A program made the translations under genes and the position numbers. This document shows positions 1-8,652 of a stretch of 64,000 bases of DNA, one piece after another (position 1 is the first letter of the stretch; each line of letters opens with the position of its first letter). Origin of the DNA: an uncultured Clostridia bacterium. Its GTDB lineage: Bacteria > Bacillota > Clostridia > Oscillospirales > QAKW01. Location: positions 18,123-82,122 of the forward strand of contig CALXGQ010000006.1 in the NCBI GenBank assembly GCA_944387895.1. Direction: 5' to 3'. Under the pieces are notes generated by a model. The model was not told the origin of the DNA. It worked only from the letters and a program-made list of their open reading frames with translations, and made no database searches.

Positions 1-158
1 CCAAAATCAAGGCGATTCTGGAAGCGAACGAAAAGCGCGCCATCGTAAAATGGCTGGAGCTGAACGGAACTACCGGTAAGGTGGTCGGTTACGCCGAAGC
101 CGAGGATATCGACCTCCCCGTAGAGAAGCATCTGATCGTTGAGTTGTATTCGAAGTAA
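1..158 (+). CDS. rpsD: 30S ribosomal protein S4 (uS4), 3' end only; the gene starts upstream of the window
   Basis: Reading from nt 3 gives ...DLPVEKHLIVELYSK*. The HLIVELYSK tail is the conserved uS4 C-terminus. It lies directly upstream of rpoA, as in the rpsD-rpoA-rplQ cluster. Confidence 0.85.
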   Translation, partial: KIKAILEANEKRAIVKWLELNGTTGKVVGYAEAEDIDLPVEKHLIVELYSK

Positions 159-270
159 GAAAACGCCGAGTGCGTATTCATCAGAGCGCGAATACCGAAA
201 CAGGAAAATACCGATTGGGATGTTTTAAGATTTATTCGCAGGCTGCGAAACAAATAAGGAGGTTTTAGAA

Positions 271-1221
271 ATGATCGAGATAGAAAGACCCCGGATCGAA
301 ACCGAGGTGATCGGTGATAATGGCGAGTACGGCCGATTTGTGGCTGATCCTCTGGAGAGAGGCTATGGTCTGACCCTTGGCAACTCTCTGCGCCGAATTC
401 TGCTTTCCTCCCTGCCCGGCTGCGCCGTTGTTGCGGCGAAGATCAACGATGTTCCCCACGAATTCACGACGATCGAAGGCGTGAAGGAGGACGTAACGGA
501 GATCATCCTGAACATCAAGGGCATTATCCCGAAACTCTATTGTGACGAGCAAAAAACCGTATATATCGAGGCCAAGGGTCCCTGCGTCGTAACCGCCGGG
601 GACATCAAGGCCGATAGCGACGTGGAGATTCTCAACCCGGATCACGTTCTGGCGACTCTGGGCGAAGGCGCGGCGCTGAATATTGAGCTGATCCTGGACC
701 ATGGCCGCGGCTATGTTTCTGCGGAGAAAAATAAGGTTTATGTTGAAAATCAGCCCAATATGCTGGCGGTAGACAGCGATTTTTCTCCTGTCACAAAGGT
801 GAATTATAAGGTAGAAAATACCCGGGTCGGCCAGATCACCGATTTCGACAAACTGACGCTGGAGGTATGGACCAACTCCGTCACCTCCGCCAGCGACGCG
901 GTTTCTCTGGCTGCCAAGGTAATGAACGAGCATCTTTCTCTGTTCATCGATCTTTCCGAGAAGGCGAAGAACGCCGAGATCATGGTCGAGAAAGAGGAGT
1001 CCCGCACCATCACGGCTCTGCGGATGACCATCGAGGAGCTGGATCTTTCCGTCCGGTCCTTCAACTGCCTGAAGCGGGCAGGGATCAATACCGTGGAGGA
1101 TCTGATCAACAAGAGCGAGGAAGATATGATGAAGGTGCGCAACCTGGGCAGGAAGTCCCTGGACGAAGTGATCGGGAAGATCGCCTCTCTGGGCCTTGCG
1201 TTGAAAAAGGACGACGAATAA
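271..1221 (+). CDS. rpoA: DNA-directed RNA polymerase subunit alpha
   Basis: 316-aa ORF with GGAGG 8 nt upstream. N-terminal [20 protein letters not shown] and C-terminal [22 protein letters not shown] (alpha-CTD helix-hairpin-helix) are hallmark RpoA motifs. Confidence 0.97.
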   Translation: MIEIERPRIETEVIGDNGEYGRFVADPLERGYGLTLGNSLRRILLSSLPGCAVVAAKINDVPHEFTTIEGVKEDVTEIILNIKGIIPKLYCDEQKTVYIEAKGPCVVTAGDIKADSDVEILNPDHVLATLGEGAALNIELILDHGRGYVSAEKNKVYVENQPNMLAVDSDFSPVTKVNYKVENTRVGQITDFDKLTLEVWTNSVTSASDAVSLAAKVMNEHLSLFIDLSEKAKNAEIMVEKEESRTITALRMTIEELDLSVRSFNCLKRAGINTVEDLINKSEEDMMKVRNLGRKSLDEVIGKIASLGLALKKDDE

Positions 1222-1252
1222 TATTTACTGATTGCAAAGGAGGTTTACTCTT

Positions 1253-1594
1253 ATGTCCGGTTACAGAAAATTGGGCCGCCCTACCGCTCATCGTAAGGCG
1301 ATGCTCAGAGGCATGGTGACCTATCTGCTGGAGAACGGATCTGTTGAAACCACGCTGACCCGTGCAAAGGAAGTGGGCAGAGCCGCCGAAAAAATGATCA
1401 CCCTGGGCAAAGCGAATACGCTGCATAGCAAGCGCCAGGCTTTGTCCTATATCACCAAGGAAGACGTAGTGAATAAGCTGTTCACCGAGATCGCGCCGAA
1501 CTATGAGGAGCGCAACGGTGGTTATACCCGGATCGTGAAGGTCGGGCCCCGCCGCGGCGACGGTGCGGAAATGGCGATCGTGCAGCTGGTGTAA
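1253..1594 (+). CDS. rplQ: 50S ribosomal protein L17 (bL17)
   Basis: [19 protein letters not shown]... is the canonical L17 N-terminus. AAGGAGG sits 9 nt upstream of the ATG at 1253. The track ORF start at 1232 overlaps the RBS and is rejected. Confidence 0.95.
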   Translation: MSGYRKLGRPTAHRKAMLRGMVTYLLENGSVETTLTRAKEVGRAAEKMITLGKANTLHSKRQALSYITKEDVVNKLFTEIAPNYEERNGGYTRIVKVGPRRGDGAEMAIVQLV

Positions 1595-1608
1595 TCCGCT
1601 TCTTTTCA

Positions 1609-1643
1609 GGCAGACCTTTTTGAAAAAGGTCTGCCTTTTTTAT
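1609..1643 (+). terminator. Rho-independent terminator after rplQ
   Basis: Perfect stem GGCAGACCTTTT / AAAAGGTCTGCC with a 3-nt loop, followed by TTTTTTAT. Confidence 0.85.
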
Positions 1644-1855
1644 TGCCCGGCGCTGTTGAAAAAAGCAAAGGCCGTGATAAGGGAAAGCAAAGGGCTTTCG
1701 CCCAAAGCCGGGCGGGGAGCGAGGCGGGCAGAACCTGGAGCAGAGCGGAAGAAACGCGGCGGAAGAGATCGGCGTCATCCGCTATAACGTGCGGTACCGA
1801 TGCGCCCCGGCGGTGGAATCCCGGCAAAAAAAATAAAAAAATACCTGAAAAGGGG

Positions 1856-1884
1856 TTTCTTTTTAAGAGAATGTGTGGTAGAAT
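1856..1884 (+). promoter_or_regulatory. Putative sigma-A promoter with extended -10 (TGgTAGAAT) for the EEP gene array
   Basis: gtgTGgTAGAAT at 1873-1884 and a weak -35 TTTCTT 17 nt upstream. About 80 nt upstream of the 1966 start. Confidence 0.4.
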
Positions 1885-1965
1885 GTCCACGAAATAGAGC
1901 CGCCGGCGCCGGATTTCCGGGCGGCGGGATCTTTCCTTTAATTTTTTGCAGGAGGTAAACGCAAA

Positions 1966-3459
1966 ATGAAGGTGGTCACGTTTAATCTGCGATGTGCCGA
2001 CGACCCCAACGGAAACTCCATAGCCGAACGGGCGCCGCGGCTGAAAAAGGTTCTGGAAAAATACGATGCGGACCTTTTAGGCTTCCAGGAAGCCACGCCT
2101 TTCTGGCTGGAGTGCCTGGAGCGGGACTATGGGGCGGACTATGAGATCTTCAATTTCTGGCGCTCCAAAACCAATCATGAATCCACGCCGATGATGTGGC
2201 GCAAGAGTCGGTTCACCTGCTTGAAAAAGGGGTATTTCTGGCTTTCGGATACGCCGGACATCGAATCGGTCGGCTGGGATACGATGGGCTGCAACCGGAT
2301 TTGTATGTGGGCGAAGCTCCGGGATAATCAGGACGGATCGGAGCTTGTCTTTTTCAATACCCATTATGGCTTCGGGGATCCCTGCCAGCTGGACAGCGGA
2401 CGCCTGATTCTTGCTCATATGGCAGCGCTGAAGGCCGACTGCGCCATTTTGACCGCCGACTTCAACATGACGCCGGACGCCCCGGGCTATAAGCTGCTGG
2501 CGGAACGGCTGGTGGACGTCAACGCCGCCACGGCCAAAGACCCCGGCACCACCTATACGGGGTATCGCCTGGATCATACCGGATCCCTGATCGATTTTTG
2601 CTTTGTCAGCCCCGAAACGATCACGCCGGTCAGCTCCGTCCGGATGACGGATCTGGTCGATGGGAAATTCCCCTCGGATCACTATGGCGTCTGCTCCGAA
2701 ATCATTTTGCACGCCAAGCTGAAATTGATCACCTTCAACGTAAAGAACAACGGCGGGCCGACGCCGGCGGAGGAGCGGGCGCGGAAGCTGCGCAGCACCC
2801 TCGGGAAATACAGCCCGGACGTATTCGGGCTGCAGGAAGTCACCCCGATTTTTGCAGAGAAGCTGTCGCGGCTCAGCGGCTACGACTGCGCGCTGCAATA
2901 CCGGCTGGAAAATCAGCAGGAGGCTACGCCGATCTACTGGAAGAAGGATGTTTTCGATCTGATCCATCAGGAATTTTTCTGGCTTTCGGAAACGCCCGAA
3001 AAGGCCGGCCCCGGCTTTGGCGGACAATATGCCCGGATCTGTACGCTGGTTGTGCTGCAATATAAGGGCGGCAGCCGGAGGATCTGCTATGTCAATACCC
3101 ACTTTGATTTCAGCGATGAAAACCACGTTGCCTCCGCAAAGCTGATCGCCGAAAAGGTAGCGCCCTACGGGGATATGCCGATCCTCGTGACGGCGGATTT
3201 CAATATGCACATCGGCGGCCCCGGCTATCGGGCGATGCGGGAAACTTTCAAGGACGTCCGCTGGGAAGTGGCGCCCGGGGACTTTACTCCCACCTATAAC
3301 GGCATGGGCGCGGATATGACGCCGCCGATGATCATTGATTACGTGTTCACCAACGGCGTAAAGATCCGGCCGCTTTCCTATCATGTGATCGACGACCGGC
3401 CCGGCGGCATGTATATTTCCGATCATAACGGGATTTCCGCCGTTTTTGTGGTAGAGTAA
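1966..3459 (+). CDS. Di-domain endonuclease/exonuclease/phosphatase (EEP) family protein, no signal peptide
   Basis: 497 aa with an AGGAGG RBS. Two tandem EEP domains (about aa 1-247 and 251-497). Each has the TFN(L/V), (F/L)QE, TADFNM and SDH(Y/N)G motifs. Confidence 0.85.
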   Translation: MKVVTFNLRCADDPNGNSIAERAPRLKKVLEKYDADLLGFQEATPFWLECLERDYGADYEIFNFWRSKTNHESTPMMWRKSRFTCLKKGYFWLSDTPDIESVGWDTMGCNRICMWAKLRDNQDGSELVFFNTHYGFGDPCQLDSGRLILAHMAALKADCAILTADFNMTPDAPGYKLLAERLVDVNAATAKDPGTTYTGYRLDHTGSLIDFCFVSPETITPVSSVRMTDLVDGKFPSDHYGVCSEIILHAKLKLITFNVKNNGGPTPAEERARKLRSTLGKYSPDVFGLQEVTPIFAEKLSRLSGYDCALQYRLENQQEATPIYWKKDVFDLIHQEFFWLSETPEKAGPGFGGQYARICTLVVLQYKGGSRRICYVNTHFDFSDENHVASAKLIAEKVAPYGDMPILVTADFNMHIGGPGYRAMRETFKDVRWEVAPGDFTPTYNGMGADMTPPMIIDYVFTNGVKIRPLSYHVIDDRPGGMYISDHNGISAVFVVE

Positions 3460-3478
3460 ATCAGGGAGGGACAGGAAA

Positions 3479-4960
3479 ATGATCAAGGTAATCACGTTTA
3501 ATATCCTCTGCGGCGGCAGCGGTGAAAATTCCATCGATAACCGGGCCCCTCGGGTAAAGGAGCTGCTCGGCCGCTACGACGCCGATCTGATCGGCTTTCA
3601 GGAAGCCACGCCCCGTTGGCTGGAGCATCTGGAGCGGGACTACGGCGATGCGTATGAGATCTTCAATCACTGGCGTTCGGAAACCAATCATGAGTCCACG
3701 CCGATGATGTGGCGCAAGAGCCGGTTCACCTGCCTGGAGAAGGGCTATTTCTGGCTTTCGGATACGCCGGATCTGGAGAGCGGCGGCTGGGATACCATGG
3801 GCTGCAACCGTATTTGTATGTGGGCGAAGCTTCAGGATAAGCAGGAGGGGGGCTCCCTTGTCTTTCTGAATACCCACTACGGTTTCGGCGAGGAAAACCA
3901 GCTCAAGAGCGGCCGGCTGATCCTGGACCATATCAAGGCCTTCGGCCTTCCCGTCATTCTGACGGCCGACTTCAATATGTTCCCGGATTCCCGAGCCTAT
4001 AAGCTGCTGATGGAGGAGCTGGGCGAGTCCAACGCCGCCACGGTGCAGGATCCCCGCAATACCTTCCATGGGTTCCAGAGCGCAGAATCCAGCACGCTGA
4101 TCGACTTCTGCTTCTATAGCAAGGATACGATCGCCGCCGTTACCCGCAAGCGGATGGATGAGCTGGTAGACGGCCAGTACCCCTCCGATCATTACGGCGT
4201 ATATTCGGAGCTGGAGGTTCATCAAAAGCTCCATTTGATCACCTTCAATGTCAAGAATATGTGCCATGAGCCTGAGGAGCGCGCCAAAATGCTGCGGCGG
4301 CTTCTGCGCAGATACGATGCAGACGTTGTGGGGCTTCAGGAGGTAACGCCGGTATTTGAAAAGGAACTTGCCAAGATCGGCCGCTATGAAATGGCGCTGA
4401 AGTACCGGGCGGAGAACGAGCAGGAAGCCACGCCGATCCTCTGGAATAAGGAGCGGTTTGAGCGGGTGCATCAGGAATTTTTCTGGCTTTCCGAAACGCC
4501 GGAGGTTTCCGGCAAGGGCTTTGGCGCCCAGTATATCCGGATCGCCACCCTTCTGGTGCTGCGGCATAAGGAAACCGGCCGGAAGATCTGCTGCCTGAAT
4601 ACCCATCTCGACGGCGGAGCGGCCGGCGAGAAGGCCATTGCCCTGATCCGGGAGAAGCTGGCGCCCTATTGCGACATGCCGGTTTTTGTGACGGGTGATT
4701 TCAATATGGAGATCGGCAGCAAGGGGTACCGGGCGATGATTGAAGAGTTCTGCGACGCGCGGCTGGAAGCCGCCCCGTTGGACCATACGCCTACCACCAA
4801 CGATTTTGGCGACCCGATGATGCCGGCGCGGATCATTGATTTCGTATTCTTCCGCGGGGAGCAGGCCAAGGCGCTTTCCTACCGGGTGATCGATGAGCGG
4901 CCGCAGGGAAAATACATTTCCGACCACTATGGGATCGATGCGTCCTTTTTACTGGATTAA
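3479..4960 (+). CDS. Di-domain EEP family protein, paralog of 1966-3459
   Basis: 493 aa with a GGGAGGG RBS and the same two-domain layout. It shares long near-identical stretches with the upstream gene, for example ESTPMMWRKSRFTCL.KGYFWLSDTPD..S.GWDTMGCNRICMWAKL. Confidence 0.85.
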   Translation: MIKVITFNILCGGSGENSIDNRAPRVKELLGRYDADLIGFQEATPRWLEHLERDYGDAYEIFNHWRSETNHESTPMMWRKSRFTCLEKGYFWLSDTPDLESGGWDTMGCNRICMWAKLQDKQEGGSLVFLNTHYGFGEENQLKSGRLILDHIKAFGLPVILTADFNMFPDSRAYKLLMEELGESNAATVQDPRNTFHGFQSAESSTLIDFCFYSKDTIAAVTRKRMDELVDGQYPSDHYGVYSELEVHQKLHLITFNVKNMCHEPEERAKMLRRLLRRYDADVVGLQEVTPVFEKELAKIGRYEMALKYRAENEQEATPILWNKERFERVHQEFFWLSETPEVSGKGFGAQYIRIATLLVLRHKETGRKICCLNTHLDGGAAGEKAIALIREKLAPYCDMPVFVTGDFNMEIGSKGYRAMIEEFCDARLEAAPLDHTPTTNDFGDPMMPARIIDFVFFRGEQAKALSYRVIDERPQGKYISDHYGIDASFLLD

Positions 4961-4972
4961 GGAGGTGCTTTC

Positions 4973-5734
4973 ATGAGAATATTGAGTTACAACCTGCGTT
5001 TCTGCGATGATCCGAACGGTCATTCGATTCAGGAGCGGGCGCCCCGCGTTTTGGATATCATCGATCGCTACGATCCCGATATCATGGGCTTTCAGGAAGT
5101 GGTGCCGAAGTGGATGGAGCAGCTCAAGCCGCTGGACGACCGCTTTGCCCATCTGCTGACCTATCGTTCCCCCAGCAATAAGGAAGGAACGCCTGTTTTC
5201 TGGCGCAGGGATCGCTTTGATCTAATCGACAGCAAGAGCTTTTGGCTTTCCGAAACGCCCTCCATTCCGAAAAAGGCGGACTGGAGCGGTGGGTTCGGGC
5301 TGCCGCGGGTGTGCTGCTACGTGGCGCTGAAATGCAAAAAAACAGGGAAGCTTTATCATTATTTCAACACCCATTTCGACGGAGGCGAAACCTGCGCCCG
5401 GGAAAGCGCCCAGCTGATCATCCGCAGGGCGGAGACGCTGGGGGCGGCGCCGGTGTTCTGCACGGCGGACTTCAACTTTACGCCCGGCTCAGCCGGCTGG
5501 CATTCGATGCGCAGCTGGTTCCGGGATGTGCGGGAGGAGGTCGCGCCGGAGAATCATCAGGCGACGTTGAACTGCTATGAGGTTCAGGGCGACCGTCCGG
5601 ATTGGCTGATCGATTTCTGTTTTTACCGTGGAAAAGGCGTAAAGCCCACCGGCTATGAGGTGATCACCCGGCTCTACGACGGAAAGTTCCCCTCGGATCA
5701 CTATGGGATGTGCTACGATTTTGAAGTAGAATAA
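4973..5734 (+). CDS. Single-domain EEP family protein
   Basis: 253 aa with an AAGGAGG RBS. Motifs are SYNLRF, GFQE, FWLSETP, TADFNF and SDHYG. Confidence 0.85.
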   Translation: MRILSYNLRFCDDPNGHSIQERAPRVLDIIDRYDPDIMGFQEVVPKWMEQLKPLDDRFAHLLTYRSPSNKEGTPVFWRRDRFDLIDSKSFWLSETPSIPKKADWSGGFGLPRVCCYVALKCKKTGKLYHYFNTHFDGGETCARESAQLIIRRAETLGAAPVFCTADFNFTPGSAGWHSMRSWFRDVREEVAPENHQATLNCYEVQGDRPDWLIDFCFYRGKGVKPTGYEVITRLYDGKFPSDHYGMCYDFEVE

Positions 5735-5739
5735 AAGGA

Positions 5740-5769
5740 CCGCCCGTTTATCAAACGGGCGGTTTTTTG
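5740..5769 (+). terminator. Rho-independent terminator after the EEP array
   Basis: Stem CCGCCCGTT / AACGGGCGG followed by TTTTTTGA. Confidence 0.8.
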
Positions 5770-5856
5770 ATTGAAGTCGTCGCGCCGCTTTTGGAAGGTT
5801 TTTGCCGCCGGATCCGGGCAAAAATTAGGAAATTTCAAGAAATTTGGAATAAAGGG

Positions 5857-5885
5857 TTGTAAAATTACCAAAAATATAGTATAAT
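5857..5885 (+). promoter_or_regulatory. Putative sigma-A promoter (TTGTAA-17-TATAAT)
   Basis: -35 TTGTAA at 5857-5862, a 17-nt spacer and a consensus -10 TATAAT at 5880-5885, in an AT-rich patch. Confidence 0.55.
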
Positions 5886-5891
5886 ATATCG

Positions 5892-6008
5892 ATCGGAAAC
5901 GGAGATCGGCGCGTTTTCAGAGCGCCGGTCATGGAAAAAAAGACCTCCGGACCGCCGTGGGAGGTTTTATCATGCCTTTTGAACTGCTTCAAAAGGCTGG
6001 TTTTCTGT
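5892..6008 (+). ncRNA. Candidate small RNA or terminated 5' leader (about 115 nt, unclassified)
   Basis: Lies between the promoter at 5857-5885 and the hairpin GCCTTTTGAA-CTGC-TTCAAAAGGC plus TGGTTTTCTGTTG (5974-6008). Three further hairpins are present (CGATC/GATCG, GGCGC/GCGCC, ACCTCC/GGAGGT). There is no RBS-preceded ORF. Confidence 0.35.
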
Positions 6009-6011
6009 TGC

Positions 6012-6288
6012 TTAGGCAAAGTCGATAAAACCGAACCCGATTTTAAAGGGTGGATTTTCGCCTTTGCCGTGTTAAAATACGCGTAAATCCCTCAGGATTT
6101 ACTGCGTTTTGTGCCTTGCCAAGCCAAAAATCTCCCGCTTCAAAATTCTGCGACCTGAAACGAGCGGAATTTTGCGTGATTTTTGGTGCGGCGGAAACCG
6201 CAAGGCTGACGCCTGCGGTTGGCAACAAGCCGAAAAGCGCCGAAAGGATGCCGTTTTAGGCGGACTCGGTCGAATCGGCTTTGCCTAA
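6012..6288 (+). mobile_element. MITE-like non-autonomous repeat element, copy A
   Basis: Terminal inverted repeats are GGCAAAGTCGAT ... ATCGGCTTTGCC, each flanked by TA. The body aligns by eye with the reverse complement of 51058-51311. Long identical runs include cctgaaacgagcggaattttgcgtga and tttggtgcggcggaaaccgcaaggctgac. Confidence 0.7.
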
Positions 6289-6317
6289 CGGAAAAAATCG
6301 CAAAGAAAGGAAATTGA

Positions 6318-8354
6318 ATGGAAAAAACAAAAAAAGAAACACAAAATCGTGCAGAAGCGCGTAAGGCGAAGGGGCGCCGCTCCGGGAGCGTGGTGAAGCT
6401 GGAGGATCTGCTCAATAGCAGCGATATGATCCAGGCCGCGGACGGAAAGCGGGGCGCCGCCATGCCGGGCGAGCATATAGCGGCATTGGAGCCGCAGAAG
6501 AATCAGGAGCCCCAGAAGAAAAAGGCGCCCCAGAAGAAAAAGGAACCGGCGGGGAAAAAGCCTGCAGGAAAAGGCACCGGCGGAAAGAGCGGGGAAAAAG
6601 CACCGTCCTCCGGCAGAGCGCGGGGGAGCAGGGTACAGGAGCCGGTCACGCCGGTGCGGGAGCAGAAGCCTGCCACCGGGCGCGGCAGAAAGCCGGCGGC
6701 GAAGCTGCGCGTGATCCCTCTGGGCGGGCTGGACGAGATCGGCAAGAATATGACGGTGATCGAATACGCCGGGGATATTATTGTCATCGACTGCGGGCTG
6801 GCCTTCCCCGATACCGATATGCTGGGCGTGGATATGGTCATTCCGGACATTACCTACCTGCGTAAAAACATCGAAAAGGTGCGGGGCATTTTTCTGACCC
6901 ACGGGCATGAGGATCATATCGGATCGCTGCCCTATGTGCTCCGGGAGATGAACGTCCCGGTATACGGCAATAAGCTGACCCTCGGGCTGGTGCGCCGCAA
7001 GCTGGCGGAGCACCGGATGGAAAAATCCGCGATGCTGATTGAAACAAAGCCCGGATCGGTGATCGAGCGGGGCTGCTTCAAGGTGGAATTTATCAAGGTG
7101 AACCATTCCATTCCGGACGCCGCGGGCTTTGCCATCAAAACCCCGGTCGGTACCCTTATCCATACCGGAGATTTTAAAATCGATACCACGCCGATCCATG
7201 GGCGGCCCATTGACCTGGCCCGGTTCGGCGAGCTGGGTAAGGAAGGCGTGCTGCTGATGATGGCCGATTCCACCAATGCGGAACGTCCTGGGCTGGCCTC
7301 CTCGGAGAAAAAGGTCGGCAAGGCGCTGCTTGCCATTTTTGAAGGCGCACAGGAAAAGCGGATCATTGTGGCGTCCTTTGCCTCCAATGTCCACCGTGTG
7401 CAGCAGATCATCGACGCCTCGGTCAAGTTTGGCCGCAAGGTCGCCGCGTCCGGCCGGTCGATGGAGAACGTGATCGCCGTATCCCATGAGCTGGGATATC
7501 TGAAGATCCCCAAGGGCACGCTGATCCCGCTGGAGCAGGTCTCCAAATACCCCCCCAATAAAATCACGCTGATCACAACCGGTTCTCAGGGCGAGCCCAT
7601 GAGCGCTCTTTACCGGATGGCGTTTTCGGATCATCGCACCATCTCGGTCAATCAGAACGACCTGATTATCATTTCGGCCTCCCCCATCCCCGGAAACGAG
7701 CGGCTGGTCAGCCGGGTAGTCAACGAGCTGGAAAAGCTGGGCGCTACCGTGGTGGACAATAAAATGGCAGACGTCCATGTTTCCGGTCACGCCTGCCAGG
7801 AGGAGCTCAAGCTGCTGCTGGGGCTGGTCAAGCCGAAGTTCTTTATGCCGGTCCACGGCGAATACCGGCATCTGGCCACCCATGCCAAGCTGGCGCTGGA
7901 AACCGGAATGGCGGAGGATCATATTTTCGTGGGCGCCAACGGCAATGTGCTGGAGCTGGGCAAGGATTCCGCCAAAATGAACGGAAGCGTTCAGGCCGGC
8001 CATGTTCTGGTCGACGGAACTGGCGTCGGCGATGTGGGCAATATCGTTTTGCGGGACCGCCGGATCCTTGCGGAAGAGGGGATTATTCTGGTGGTGGCCG
8101 CCATCAGCAAAACCACCAGGCAGGTGGTCAGCGGCCCGGATATCGTTTCCCGGGGCTTTATCTATGTGCGGGAAAACGAAGATCTAATGGGCGAGGCGCA
8201 GAAGGTGGTCGGCGGCGCGCTCAAAAAAAGCCTGGCGAAGGGAAATTTGGAATGGGCGGCGCTCAAAGGCGATATGCGCGACGCGCTGGCGCATTTCATC
8301 TCTTCCAAAACCAGGCGCAGCCCGATGATCATCCCCATTATCATGGACGTATAA
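6318..8354 (+). CDS. rnj: Ribonuclease J (beta-CASP metallo-beta-lactamase) with a roughly 129-aa basic low-complexity N-terminal extension
   Basis: LRVIPLGGLDEIGKNMTVIEY, HGHEDHIG and SGH motifs with RNase J-length architecture. The extension is K/P/G-rich. Confidence 0.9.
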   Translation: MEKTKKETQNRAEARKAKGRRSGSVVKLEDLLNSSDMIQAADGKRGAAMPGEHIAALEPQKNQEPQKKKAPQKKKEPAGKKPAGKGTGGKSGEKAPSSGRARGSRVQEPVTPVREQKPATGRGRKPAAKLRVIPLGGLDEIGKNMTVIEYAGDIIVIDCGLAFPDTDMLGVDMVIPDITYLRKNIEKVRGIFLTHGHEDHIGSLPYVLREMNVPVYGNKLTLGLVRRKLAEHRMEKSAMLIETKPGSVIERGCFKVEFIKVNHSIPDAAGFAIKTPVGTLIHTGDFKIDTTPIHGRPIDLARFGELGKEGVLLMMADSTNAERPGLASSEKKVGKALLAIFEGAQEKRIIVASFASNVHRVQQIIDASVKFGRKVAASGRSMENVIAVSHELGYLKIPKGTLIPLEQVSKYPPNKITLITTGSQGEPMSALYRMAFSDHRTISVNQNDLIIISASPIPGNERLVSRVVNELEKLGATVVDNKMADVHVSGHACQEELKLLLGLVKPKFFMPVHGEYRHLATHAKLALETGMAEDHIFVGANGNVLELGKDSAKMNGSVQAGHVLVDGTGVGDVGNIVLRDRRILAEEGIILVVAAISKTTRQVVSGPDIVSRGFIYVRENEDLMGEAQKVVGGALKKSLAKGNLEWAALKGDMRDALAHFISSKTRRSPMIIPIIMDV

Positions 8355-8378
8355 AAGTTTTGTGCAGAATAGAGCGGG

Positions 8379-8416
8379 AGGGAGCCCGGCAGGATGCCGG
8401 GTTCCCTCTTTTTTTC
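8379..8416 (+). terminator. Rho-independent terminator after rnj
   Basis: Stem GGGAGCCCGGC / GCCGGGTTCCC (one G-U pair) followed by TCTTTTTTT. Confidence 0.75.
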
Positions 8417-8549
8417 ATGCCTCCGGCGTCCCGTCTGAGCAGAGTGATTATTGCAAATCTGCTGCGGGCTTATGCCGCCCCGGCACCCCTGCCCGGCAAA
8501 GCGCTTTTTTGCAAATCTGCGGCGGCGTTCCGGCAAAGCGTTCTTTTCC

Positions 8550-8578
8550 TTTACTTTTTGCCGAAAAAACAGTATAAT
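8550..8578 (+). promoter_or_regulatory. Putative sigma-A promoter for addBA (TTTACT-17-TATAAT)
   Basis: Consensus -10 at 8573-8578 and -35 TTTACT at 8550-8555. Confidence 0.4.
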
Positions 8579-8652
8579 GAAAATATTAAAGACGACGTCG
8601 TCGCCGCGGGCCGCGGGACGATAAGCCGCTGAGCGCGGAAGGGGGCAATGCG

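Noticed and set aside
6043-6259. ORFs of 61-69 aa inside the MITE copies (6043-6228, 6050-6259, and 51026-51229 in copy B)
   Set aside because: They have no RBS, and the frames are not preserved between the two copies because of indels. The element is interpreted as non-coding.
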